The notes below the pieces were generated by a model. The model did not search any database. It was not told the DNA's origin and was given only the letters and a program-made list of their open reading frames with translations. Made by a program: the position numbers and the translations under genes. Of a DNA stretch of 64,000 nucleotides, positions 51,601 to 63,850 are shown one piece after another. Origin of the DNA: Ostrea edulis. Its lineage: Eukaryota. The stretch covers positions 57,784,001-57,848,000 of the forward strand of contig NC_079169.1 in assembly GCF_947568905.1 (NCBI RefSeq). Reading direction: 5' to 3'. The number at the start of each line of letters is the position of its first letter. The first letter of the stretch is position 1.

Positions 51601-54600
51601 CATGAATTTTAATCATTTAATCATTGATTTGTTATATCTACTTCATATTTATTTCTATTTATGTAGTTCAACAATCTTCATTTAAGTAGTTGACCTTTTT
51701 GCACTTATTGAAAATTTTGAGATTTCAGTTCAACTTTTCACCATCAAACCTTGCTTTTCCCACTGAATTTATTTTTGTAACTTGAAATACACCTCTTCAA
51801 GTTTCTGGTTATACATAATCTATTTCTTTTGAGACATTGTATTGGGTTTTGTGAGATCTTATATTTTGATCATTATTTTGTAAAATATATTGGTGTGAAA
51901 TATGTGCAATTTTAACAATTAATAAATTCATTCATTGGATGAATATACACACAAAAACCCTCTTAGTTATTGCATATAGTGTATATCTAACATATAAAAT
52001 ATTGCTTTTCTCTATTTTTTAGTTATATGACATTTTAGAGCTGTTCAAACATAGCACTTTTTTCCAATATTTCGTGACCTTTTTGCACCGAAAATTATCT
52101 CAAAGTTGTTTTTCCATGTTGAACCCAAACTAAACATGATAGAAACTTTTTATTTGGCAAATTTCATATTGGGGTCAGTAGGAACCTGTCCACAAAGTTT
52201 CATGAAAATCTGAGAGATAGCATGTGCCGACCTCTGCCTGATATCATAATGGACACCCTCTTAATATCATCAAACTTTGTTAATTGATGAATCTTGGTTA
52301 GTGAGAATTTTTGCCTGTTCTACAATGTATCAGAAGAGCGATTCTAGGCCCATGGGCCTCTTGTATTTTAACAAATCACAAATCTGTTTGACTTTACTCT
52401 TCAGCTTTCGACATCTACAATACATTTAAAATTACTTATTGCTCTTCGTTTTGAGTAACTGCCAAAGGAACTGATTTTGGCTTTTCTTATCAGTTTCTTC
52501 AATTTTGTCGGAGAAAGAGAGATACCTTTTGGATAATAAACTTTGAAAGTTCGTTTTACGATAAGATCAATCTATATCATGGATATACTATATCGTGTAT
52601 TTGTATCATCTGAGTAGGTAGTCGGTTTTACGGCGTCCATTGGAGTAGGAAAAGCCAAAACAGTTGAAAAGGCTACAGAACATGTACAAACAATCATGTC
52701 TAATATGGACGCCGAGTACCTGGTGACAGTACAGGAAAACAAGGCTGATTTGGGAAGACATGTGAACTCGCCAGAACAATGTATGCTGTTGTTTTCCTTG
52801 ATCTCTCTCCAATGTGTAATTATTCATCGCGTTAGAAGGACAAACCTGTTTTGTTCCTATTATAATTGATCATCTTATATTATGACTTATCTACTATGCT
52901 GATTGTTTATCGCCTTTTCAAACGTCATATTGTTGAAAGCATAATATGTGTCTTTACTAATTTCGAATGAATTTCCTTCTCTCATGGGAATTTCATGGAC
53001 CAATATCTGGCTGTGACCACCCTGAGTTCATTTGCATAGAAAAGAAGGTTGCGGGTGATTTAGGGTGATTTGTATATTTAAACCAAATGCTATATTACGG
53101 GAGGCGTTTGAACGATACAAATCCTCGTTATAATAATCTAACTTCATAGAATATATTTTTAAAAGTGGTACTTCTCCAAATGCTAATGGCACATCGATAT
53201 GAGTATAAAAAAACTTGTTGGGACGAGATGTTGAACATTGATTGAATAATTATAATCAATCTTTCAGTCATCAAAGAGGTACCTATACGTCGGAGGGATG
53301 CGTTTGGAGAGCGTGTAAAAGTGCTAATGACTACAACTGAAATGTATTTGGAAGACACAGACGGTATGTATGCTTAACAATTTGAATGATGTTTTATATT
53401 ACATAGGCACAATGTTCAGTTACAGTAATCCTTATAATGATGACATTCTCAATCATTTTCTTTAACGACTAAGAACGACTTTGGTTGAGGATCTCATTTA
53501 GTTGTTTATTTCAGTCGAGGTTGTGGACAGGAACGCTGTAAAACCCCCCTCATCAAAAGGCAATGAGCAGTATACCCAGTGGTTGGAGGAAACCCTTTTG
53601 AAATCATTAGCAAAGCTTACCAAATCTGAAGCAACTCGATCGCTGTATACTCTAAGGAAATATTTAGAGGTGTGCTTTACCTTGAAATATCCGAGCTATT
53701 TTTAGCTATAGTCTATAGTACAATATATGTTTACTGTTTTGGGAATGCAAGCAAAATATGATGTACAAAGTGACATCTGATAAAAAAAAAAAAAGAGCTG
53801 TTGAATAATTCCAGTGAATGCGTACCTCGATTTTCATATTTCGCAGAATATAAATGTTTACTTTAAAACTGTTGAAACACTGGCAATATATAAATCATCA
53901 TTTGCAAGAAGTGGCATATTTGTTCATAATTTAATTTCTTTCAGATATACAACAATGGCCTCATCCATCATTCATATGCAAGAGCAACTGATGCTCTGTA
54001 TTGCATTAAATCTGGCATAGAGAACCTTAAATTAGCTAAAAACGAAAATGAAATAGAGAAGAGAGTTAAAGCGTTATTTGAAGGTAATTCTATGTCAAAT
54101 GTATTTGTATTTTTCCCTCTATTCCATTTTTTTCTCTCTCACACATATACACGCTTATCTAAATCATTCCAGAGGAATATGTAGCATTAGAAGAATGCGC
54201 CTTAGACAGAGAAAGGACCGCAGAAAATCCTCTTCTACTGAAGCTAAAAGATATCATAATAGCCAGATATGCTGAAGAATCAAACATGAGAGGAATCGTC
54301 TTTGTGCGAACTCGTATTCTTGCAAATATTCTTGTTTCATGGATGGATAGCACAAAGGAATTGCAACATATAAAAGCCCGGAAATACACCGGTGCTCAGG
54401 CTCACAATATAGATGGAGGTGGGTAGCATCTTTCCTCTTTAATTCATGCCTAATTTTCGCCAGAATCTCAGACCTTGTATAATAATGAGATGAATTCTAA
54501 CATGTAAATCCTTTCCAATCTTTTGCAGGTATGACAAAACATGAACAGATAAATGCAATCGAGCTCTTTAAAGATGGCCAGTTCAAAATCATCGTTGCAA

Positions 54601-57600
54601 CCACTATTGCAGAAGAGGGATTGGATATCAGAGAGTGTAATCTCGTTGTAAGATATGACTACGCTGGAAATCCTATTTCTATGGTGCAAGCAAGAGGTAA
54701 TCTTTTTTTGAACTGTAATCCTGCAGCACATATCATTACTTATGTACATGTAATTATTTCAAAATGACGACCTAAAATAACAAACTCATTTCAAAGATCC
54801 GAAATTCAGGGAGTCCCAATCTTTTAATTGTCATCTCTATCATGGAATCTATCGACGATTATGATGGGCTGAAAATGAAGAGGAAGACTTAGATACTTTG
54901 TCAGAATGGTTAAAAAGAATGAGAGGAATATTAAAATCCCGTATCAATCAGTGATGAAGGAATTGAATAAATCACACGAGAAATATGTATTGGTTCCAAC
55001 TGACAAAGCTTTCTACAATATTGTCATCGATTTCATGATCATTTTACAACTGTATTTTAGAAGAGTTTGATCTTGATCCCACATTTGATAGTCCAACTTA
55101 CACTGAAAGTTCACTCAAAGAACGAAATCCCATATCCATACACTAATATTCCATTATTACATGTAAATGGTGTTTACATGACACAACTGATTCGATACCC
55201 AAAAGCGTCTTCTAACCGAGGCAAGTTACTGACAAATAAAATAAGTTGATGTGACAAGGTTTCAACAGTATCGTTAAAATTCAACATTTTGCAAGTGCTA
55301 TGGTCATTGTGCAAAAACAATCTGTCATTATGTCGAATGCTATCTAAAATGTTTCATACCAATTGTTAGGCCGTTCTTCACATACTGATTTTGACTAAGG
55401 ATTAATCCGTTTAAACTTTATTCTTAGTTTATGGTATTGAAGGCAGATACCTAGAAGGAGTAAGTATTCCCTATTTGACTAGGCACACACACTCGCCATA
55501 GCCCCTCTATCTTGAACAGGAAAACGGAGTAATCTGTTGTTGAAATCAGCGTGCAAAGAACGACCTCATTTAGTATGAAACATTTTACCCAATGACAGGT
55601 TGTAATGGTAAATTAGATCGTTATAACGACCATAAAAATTGCGAAATGCTGACTTTAAACGAGATTGTTGAAACCCCTCAAACATCAACTTATTTGTCAG
55701 TAGCCTGTCTCGATTTTCAAAAAGTGATCATATGTAGAACAAGCTCTTGTGTATCGAATCGGTATATAAATATAAACACCATATGCAGGTGATAATGGAA
55801 TATTGCTAAATGAATTATGGGTAGTTGACGATGGAAAAGCTGAAATAATCCAGTTTGTCATATAAAGTTGAGATGCTAGTTTGCCGATAACATCCATGTT
55901 CAATAAAATATATGAGTTTGAAGCAGATGTAGAAGACTGTGGTAACTTTTATTTCGAGTTCAGTTGGATATACCGAAGAAAATTTGAATGAAAATGATTA
56001 TTGTTCGTAAATAAAACGTAGCTGATCTACCGGTATCTAAATGTTGAGTTTAAGGCTACAGCAAGATATGTTTTCATCTCATGTAAAAGGTTTTGAATAG
56101 ATTAAGCTTTGTAAGAATATTGAAACAGGTCAGTGATAAAGGAACATAATTCGTGCCCATGGGAATTCTATAAGATTGTTGGAAGACCTGATCACCAAAG
56201 ACTACGAAGGTAGTGTCATTGAGGAACACCAGCATCTTTTTATATCAACTTCAGAGTACATTGGTGTGGTCCTCTTCACATCATCATTTTGTTTGAAATA
56301 TAACATGTCACCGAAAATGTTCTCCAAACTCTATATTCAAAAGCTAAAATTTAAGACAACGAGGGTTTATTTCAAATCATGAGCAATGTGTAAACTCATA
56401 CGTGTATGTTCGTTTTATAAAGTTCAATCCCCAAAAGTACATTCTCTGTTTAAGTTTTATAAACCAGCAACTTTTAAATTATGTGCTAGATAAATCTTTG
56501 AGGTATGGTTCTCAGTTTATGGTGTTTAAAAGGCCTGATCTCACCACTAGTTTCCAGGGGTCAGCTGTGTTTGCCACGTACTCAATTTTGTTTTCTAAAT
56601 GAAAGGCAAATATAACGAACAGTGATCAATCTCATAACTCCTATAAGCAATACAAAACAGGAAGTTGGGCAAACACGGACCCATGGATATACCAGAAGTA
56701 GGATCAGGTGTCTAGGAGGAGTAAACATCCCCTGTCGACCGGTCACACCCGCCGTGAGCCCTATATCTTGATCAGGTAAACGGAGTTATCCGTAGTCAAA
56801 ATCAGTGTGCCAAGAACGGCCTAACAATCGGCATCAAACACGTCAGACAGCATTTGACCCAATGATAGGTTGTATTGGCAAACTACATCGTTATAACGAC
56901 CATAGAATTTGCGAAATGCTGATTTTAAACGAGATTGTTGGAATCCCTGCACCATCAACTTGTTTGTCAGTAGCCTGCTTCGATTTAAAAACTTACCAAA
57001 CGCAGAACAAGCTCTTGCGTATCGAATCATTTGAGAGATGTAAACACCATATGCAGGTGATAATGGAATATTGCTACATAAATATGGGAAGTTGACGATG
57101 GAGAAGTTGAAATCATCCCGTTTGTCATAAAGTTGAGTTGTTGGTTTGCCGTTAATATCTACTTTCAATAAGATATCTAAGTATGAAGCAGAAGTGGACG
57201 ACTCTGTGGTAACTTTTATTTCAAGTTCACTGGGATATATTGAATCGACATATGAATGAAAATTATTATACATCGTCGATATATTTAAATGTCGAATGTA
57301 AGGCCACAGCAAGAGATTTTTCTTCTCACGTAGACGTTTTTGAATCAATTCTGCTTCATATGAATATAAAAAACATGTCAGCTAAAAAAAGGAGCACAAT
57401 TCGTGCCCATGGGGATTCCAACAGAGTGGTGGAAGACCTGATCACCAAAAACCGCGAAGATATTGTCAATGAGGAACTTTAGCATATTTTTTCATTTCAA
57501 CTTCAGAGTACTTGTGCGTGGAATCAGAATGGCGTTTAACATACTAATTTTTGGATGACTGATCACTAGATAGGAATATTTCCGTTTTCCATTTTTGTTG

Positions 57601-59579
57601 AAGAAGCAACTGTCTATGATGTCCAAAATACTAGTCTTTAATTTATCATGAGGAATGGTCGTGTAAAGAGTTGAACAGTCATACGTTTTGATGTTGTTAA
57701 TTTGAGAAAAGTTTTGTGATTTCAAGTTTACTCAAAATTCTTTAGAATTTTTAGAATCCACATTTGATTCACACCACTTCTGGCATATGTAGTCGCACAG
57801 TACGTTTAGATTTTCTCCTTCACAGTTGTTAATATTTTCGAGAGGAGCAAAGACAGGGGCTTGGTAGAACATTTACTGAATCCGGCAATGTATCTATGTT
57901 TTTAAGGGTTTCTATGAAGTTTAGGAATCCAATATAGGTACGGTAACTCATATTCATCCGACCCATTCACTGTGATATTAAATGTGTCTAAAACTAAAGC
58001 ATGACTTTGAAGAATTTCGTCTTTTGAAAGGGCAGTTGGGGTATAGGTACGATTACTAAAAGTGGAAGTAATGCCAAGTTCGTTTAAAATGCAGTTGTAA
58101 TAATGAACCTTACAAACAGACAATGTTGTTACAAGCTTTGTCAGCTGGAACCAAAAAACATATTCCTCATGTAACTTATCTAATTCTTTTATCACTTCTG
58201 GTTTACTAAACACGTAGGATATATGAGATTGATCACTGTCCATTATCTTAAACATTTTCATGGATGGTTAATGTATAACTCACATCAACCAACTACATTT
58301 GATAAAGTCATGGTCCTTGGTCCATATTCTTATTGCATTCTGTTTTGAAAATTTGGTCCCAGCCGACTGAATTTCTGAAATTTAAGAGCCGCTGTGTAAT
58401 GTTGCACAGTGTTTTGAAATTGGACTGGTAGTAAAAATGTTTGAATTTCAAACTCTTGGAAACTAAATTTGACATGTATTCACATCACAATTTTAATCAT
58501 GAATTGCAAGACCAGTTTATGTGAATTCATGTACCCATTGGAAAAATAATTTTAATTCTATGTAAATAAAATTAACGCAAAAGAATGTTTCTGGGAAAAG
58601 AATTGTTTCCTCGAGAAAACACAAAATTTATTGCTGTTCATTTTTAGCTCACCTGAGCTAAAAGCTCAAGTGAGCTATTCTGATCACCCGTATTCCGGCG
58701 TCCGTCCGTCTGTCCGTCCATCCGTCTGTAAACTTTTAACATTTTTTACTTCTTCTCAAAAACCACTGGGCCAATTTCCTCCAAAGTTGGCACAAAACAT
58801 CCTTAGGTAAAGGGAATTCGAAATTGTTAAGATAAAGGGCCAGGACACCTTCCAAGGGAAGATAATCAAGAAAAAGTCAAAATAGAGTAGGGTCATTAAA
58901 AAAATCTTCTTCTCAAGAACCACTAGGCCAGAAAAGATGAAATTTATCGATAAACTTTATTAGGTAGTGCAGATTTTAAATTGTAAAAATCATGGCCTCC
59001 GGGGGTCGGATGGGGCCACAATAAGGGATCAAAGTTTTACATACAAATATATAGGAAAAATCTTTAAAAATCTTCTTCTCAAGAACCACTGAGCCAGAAA
59101 AGCTGAGATTTATATGAAAGCTTTCTGATATAGTGCATATTCTAAATTGTTAAAATCCTGGCCCCGGGGGTCGGATGGGGCCACGATATGGGATCAAAAT
59201 TTTACATACAAATATATCGGAAAAATCTTTAAAAATCTTCTTCCCAAGAACCACTGAGCCAGAAAAACTGAGATTTATATGAAAGCTTTCTGACATAGTG
59301 CAGATTCAGGTTTGTTAAAATCATGGCCCCCTTGGGTAGGATGGGGCCACAATAGGGGATCAAAGTTTTACATACAAATATATAGGGAAAATCTTTAAAA
59401 ATCTTCTTCTCAAGAACCATTGGGCCAAAGAAGTTCACATTTACATGAAAGCTTTCTGACATAGTTGAGATTCAAGTTTGCAAAAACCATGGCCTCCAGG
59501 GTAGGTTTGGGACCATAATAGGGACTACGGTTTTACATGCAAATATATATGGAAAGTCTTCTGATATGGACCAAGGTGA

Positions 59580-59614
<35 letters not shown>

Positions 59615-60178
59615 CTTATTATTTTCATCCAAATATTTTTAAACAATACTGCTTGTACATGCATTTTGTAATATCAATGCAGGTCGAGGTCGCGCAGAAA
59701 ACAGCCATTTCTATGTTTTGGCTTCTGCAGAAAAATGCGTTGCTGAAAGAGAAAGGAACAACACTTTCAAAGAAACGATGATGGAGGAAGCTATGAAAAA
59801 GGTTCAGCAACAAATTGATGATAATCACGATGCGTTTCTTGTTAAGCAACGTGAGTTACAAAAAGTGGCAAAAAGAGAACGTGATGTAGCAAAACGAAAC
59901 AAGAGCGGCAGAGTCGTACAGCATGGACAGTTTTCACTGAGGTAATTGCGGTAATGTTCTATTCTGTAGTGGTAGTAATGTTATGTATGTTTGTGTTACT
60001 TGTGTTCTTTTTTGCATAGATCCGTTGCTCTGTGCATTCATTTACTGTTGTATAATCCAGAATGAAAGCGTTGAGCCAGGACTTCTTTGTAATTCACAAA
60101 CATTATGCAATATACAACTTTTCTAATTGTTTGATTTTTGAAAATAACAATTACTCGTACAATTGCTAATGTTTTGTG

Positions 60179-60250
<72 letters not shown>

Positions 60251-62008
60251 CTCTAAAGTGCGATGATCGCTCCAAAGTGCGATGGTCTGCGCCAAAGTGC
60301 GATCGTTTGTTAACGTTACGGACCCCAAAGTGCGATGGTCACGCCAAAGGCCGACGGTGCGGAGTTCAGTAACGTTTGTGATGTCACGTCATTGTGACGT
60401 CATTCTTAACGTCTTTCAAAATAAAACCAAAGAAATGCAACATGGAGGACAGTAACGGCTAGGTTTACACTGTTGAGGATAGTGAGAACGGCAAAGTACA
60501 TTTGTTGTTGAACTATCTACTTCGCCCAAACATTCTTTATTCATGATTATTTATTACTTTGACGTATTTAATTCCTGGGGGTATGTTGTAATACAAAACA
60601 TTCTATATGATTTCGCGTTGGAAACTCTTGTGTTTGATAACACGACAACTAAATGGTAATGAAATAAGTTCTTATTCTTATCTTTTGGTGAAACAACACA
60701 CGGTTTGTTCAGTCTGTACCAAAATACTGTGTCGTTTACAAACCAATGGATTTCGGCATGTCACACCATCGCACTTTGGCGTATCAGACCATCCCACTTT
60801 GGCGCATGAGTGTGGACCATCACACTTTGGCGTGTTACACCATCGGGGTTTCGCACAAACCATCGCACTTTGGCGTGACCATCGCACATTGGAGTCCTAC
60901 ATATATATATTCTCATTAAAAATCAGCATCTCACAAATTCTATGGTCGTTATAACAATCTAGCTCACTAATACAACATATCATTGCGTCAAATTCTGTAT
61001 GACTTGTTTCATACCGATTGTTAGGCCGTCCTTGGCACGCTGATTTTGACAACGGATAACTCCATTTACCCGATCAAAATATCAGGCTCAAGGTGGGTGT
61101 GACCGATCAATAGGGGATGCTTACTCCTCCTAGGCACCTGATCCCACTTTAGGTATATCTAAGGGTCCTTCTTTGCCCAACTTTCTACTTTACATTGCTT
61201 ATAGGAGTTATGAGATTACTCACTGATCGTTATGTTCCCCTTTCATTCCTACGAATTTATACATTCGTTTTTCTTTAAAATCACTAGCCTTTCAATTTGA
61301 CATTAAATACCTAATTAGTCATGGAACAAAACAAGTTAAATCACAAATCAGTATAAATATAAGAAATGAATGCTTAGGTTGTTTGTATTATAAAGGTCTA
61401 TCAACATTGGAAGCGACGGGTATTGTGACTCTTTGCCTCCATCGTTTTATACCACCCTAAAGCAAACGACATATCCGTGAATGCCTTGAGCGTTTCATAT
61501 CAAATATATATTTCATTTATTTAAAAATAATCGATACAAGTTGCTGATAGATATGAAAGTAAATGTTGTTCTCTGAATGATTTATATTTACACAGATGAC
61601 ATTGATGATTCATATTTTTTCAGGTGTTTGAAATGTAGCACATTTCTGTGCATGTCCAGTGAGCTACGAAAGTTGCTGAATGCCCATCACGCTTGCATTA
61701 GTGAAGATATCAAGAACAGCATCATATGCAAAAAGTTTTCCAAACCAGGTTATCCCGGAGATGATATAGAAATGGGAGTCGGTCAATTTAATTGCAAAGA
61801 ATGCAATGTGAAATTGGGAACCATTGCTCTGTATAAGGACATCTTCTTTCCGATATTGAGCATCAAAGCCTTGAAAATCGAAGATGATATGGAGAAAGGT
61901 GATACGTTGAAGAAGTGGAACTTGGTAGAGAAGTATTTCCATGTGCCTGAGATTACAACAGAAGATCTTGAAAACATTGGGAAATTCGGCAGACTTCTCG
62001 AATTTTGA
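36461..62008 (+). CDS. RIG-I-like receptor B (2xCARD, DExD/H helicase, Zn-binding CTD), 16 exons, 1093-1177 aa depending on the exon 4 donor, intact
   Basis: Exons: 36461-36629, 41242-41376, 41485-41826, 42012-(42089 to 42341), 42820-43230, 43356-43516, 43636-43811, 44886-45084, 52618-52780, 53268-53363, 53515-53669, 53945-54083, 54173-54418, 54529-54696, 59683-59941, 61624-62008. Intron phases match RLR-A and six exons have identical lengths (135, 163, 96, 139, 168, 259). Motifs: [43 protein letters not shown]; CTD CLKC...CKEC. Confidence 0.92.
36879..38389 (+). mobile_element. Non-autonomous Helentron (HINE) carrying about 7 units of a 166-bp HindIII-site satellite
   Basis: 5' ttagctcacctgagc and 3' ctcaggtgagc subTIRs; 3' hairpin ggcccatgggtc; gtccgtc microsatellite; aagaaccac units at about 37139, 37305, 37468, 37635, 37801, 37962 and 38187, most with AAGCTT. 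Resembles the oyster Cg170/HindIII satellite. Confidence 0.85.
39612..41146. mobile_element. TIR MITE (CAGTGTTTTCC termini, hAT-like) hosting a Harbinger-type insertion
   Basis: cagtgttttcc at 39612 and ggaaaacactg ending at 41146; a 6-bp direct repeat GCTTTG at 39606-11 and 41147-52. Confidence 0.65.
39931..40863. mobile_element. PIF/Harbinger-type non-autonomous element (933 bp)
   Basis: TIRs gggctgttccagaaat / atttctggaatagccc, with a TTA TSD at 39928-30 and 40864-66. Confidence 0.8.
42050..42343 (+). repeat. Coding minisatellite, 7 x 42 bp (ETAHKEPPNHQEKS), in RLR-B exon 4
   Basis: Seven near-identical 14-codon units; each ends at AAA|GTGAG, and the last at AAA|GCGAGT. Confidence 0.92.
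44020..45505 (-). mobile_element. Two Penelope-like 3' fragments flanking RLR-B exon 8 (about 44020-44180 and about 45130-45505)
   Basis: Recurrent 3' block. The minus frame LTNKLMVQGFQQSRLKSTFHKFYGRYNDLV matches the RT C-terminus at 56821-57348. Confidence 0.7.
45508..52364 (+). mobile_element. Non-autonomous Helentron (second family) split by a 5.26-kb insertion
   Basis: 5' tttttagctcttctgag pairs with 3' tcagaagagc; 3' hairpin ggcccatgggcc at about 52347. Internal units of about 127 bp contain aagtaggtcaccgtgacctacttt. The unit sequence resumes after 52264. Confidence 0.75.
46997..52260. mobile_element. TTAA-specific DNA transposon relic with GAG...CTC termini (Sola3-like), 5264 bp
   Basis: TTAA at 46993-96 and 52261-64; imperfect TIRs of about 60 bp (gaggccgtcca..gatatcaagcag..ggcacatgc vs gagggtgtcca..gatatcaggcag..ggcacatgc). 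Broken plus-strand Cys/His-rich coding remnants near 47810-47970 and 50330-50620. A HINE fragment is nested from about 49373. Confidence 0.65.
54860..58290 (-). mobile_element. Cluster of degenerate Penelope-like (Naiad-type) retroelement copies in RLR-B intron 14
   Basis: Minus-strand RT motifs YLYWIPKLHRNP, KTYDCSTLYTTIPHDKLK and LYDKRDDFNFSIVNFPYLCSNIPLSPAYGVYISQMIRYARACS. Copies: about 54860-55405 (+), about 55440-56400 (-) and about 56590-58290 (-). Confidence 0.8.
58641..59613 (+). mobile_element. Non-autonomous Helentron (HINE) with about 4 units of the 166-bp satellite
   Basis: Same termini as 36879-38389 (tttttagctcacctgagc; ctcaggtgagcgatgtggcccatgggcc). It ends 70 bp before the exon 15 acceptor. 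Confidence 0.85.
60244..60901. mobile_element. MITE with subterminal ccaaagtgcgatgg repeats, inserted in a (TG)n/(TA)n tract
   Basis: Termini tgtaagactc / gagtcctaca, with multiple direct and inverted aaagtgcgat motifs in both arms. Confidence 0.65.
60950..61245 (+). mobile_element. Penelope-like 3' fragment
   Basis: Reverse complement of the recurrent block at 56590-56900. Confidence 0.65.
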
Positions 62009-63589
62009 ATACAAGTAGCTAAAATCTAGTGTTTGCATAAACATGTACTTTTGCATACAACTGTGCAACAAAATCATAGCAAAATACTTCATATTTATCA
62101 CTGAAGAAATTCAATTGAAAATTGTATCAACACATGACTTTTTTAATATATAGCTTCAAGCATTTTTATATGTTGATTATGTAAATATGAAAATTGTATA
62201 TGCAAGTGGATATATATTTGAATATGCTGCTTCCAGCAAGGTTTTTAATGTAAATTGTAAGCGTTGAAATATTTATGGCAATGGTCCATTGTAAATGAAA
62301 TGACCATTAGTCTTGTTCTGAAGGGTGTATTATATTACAACATTCGAAATTTGTTAATTTGTTTTATAAGGATAGACGGTGCATTCGTTTTTAATTCGTG
62401 ATGAAATGTCATTACCCTTGAAATAATTTCCACACCTTTTTCTTTCAATTATTGAAAAAGCCAATCCTCAATTTGCCTGGTTTTTACGTATGATCTCGGG
62501 ATTTAACATGTTGCTGATTTTTATCTTAGAAAATGTTTTAAGCATTGCTATCTGTTGCAATTTAGTCAGCTTACACATATACCCAGTGGGGTTACCTTTC
62601 AAAGAAAAGGTAGGTATTCAATGAAAACAAATACGTGTATGTTCATTAATTTATTTATTGTAATATACATATAAATATCTTACTATTATGAATACACTAA
62701 TGTATTTCATTTATTGTTTGTACATGTATTATGACTGTGAGTCAAGTGAAAAATTACGATTTGTGATACCGATGGAGTATTTATTGTTGTAAACACTAAT
62801 TGTGCTGTGATCTTTATAAAGAAAAAATATATAAATGGTCCTTAGCATTTTGTTTTACATATTCATTTTTGTTGTGTTATTGGTCTTGTTTATTCTGTAA
62901 ATATACAAGTTGTTTTCCTACATTGCCTATATTGACCTATATTTTCCTAACAAGTGACAGTGTGAAGTGTTTGAAGACATGTTCATTTTCAAGAATCTGC
63001 GTGTTCTAAAGCAAAGAAATTAACAGTAAAACGTGGTTACAGTGAACTCTTTGGATGAAACGAGTTACGTTTATAACGAATCAAACGCAGTACAGTTAAG
63101 ATTCCTGTAAGGGGCGTGACCTAATCTATACAGGAATGTGTATTATGACATCACACAAACAAAACAAAACAAACACGCAACCCTTCAAAATACCATAAAA
63201 TAAAATAACTAATTTTTTAAATTGCACGGAAGTATAGCACTACACAAAAACTTAACATAAAACTTTCTAGTCATTGATGTAATCTGAAACCTGAGAAAAT
63301 TGATCGCAATACATTTGCCATCATGGCTGCATGATAGTCTAAAACATTTCCTTTCCAAGAAGTGGCTGATCAACAGTTTTTTCGCGATGAAAAAATATAT
63401 TTTACAATTAAATGGAAAAATGTTTGCAGATATTTCAAACGACAATTAATTTGAGAACAATGTTTACCTTATAATTTCAGTAAACTATTTTCTATCTTTC
63501 TCGTAGAAAACCATTCATGCTTTATTTATAAATACGGGGGTAGATTGATGGGTCTTACAAATCGATTAATTGCAAGGTCATACTCTCAA

Positions 63590-63850
63590 AGCATAATAAT
63601 GCAAGGCGAAGATAACGAACAGTCATCAATCTCATGACTCCCACAAGGAATACAAAATAAAGAGTTGGGCAAACACGGACCACTGGACACACCAGAGGTG
63701 GGATCAGGTGCCTAGGAGGAGTAAGCATCCCCTGTCGACCGGTCACATCCGCCAAGAACGGCCTGACAATCGGTATGAAACACGCTAGACGGCATTTGAC
63801 CCAATGATGTTTTGTATTGGCAAACTACATGTAGAACGTTATAACGATCA
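63590..63850 (-). mobile_element. Penelope-like 3' fragment
   Basis: gcgaagataacgaacagtcatcaatctcatgactcc...ggatcaggtgcctaggaggagtaagcatcccc block. Confidence 0.7.
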
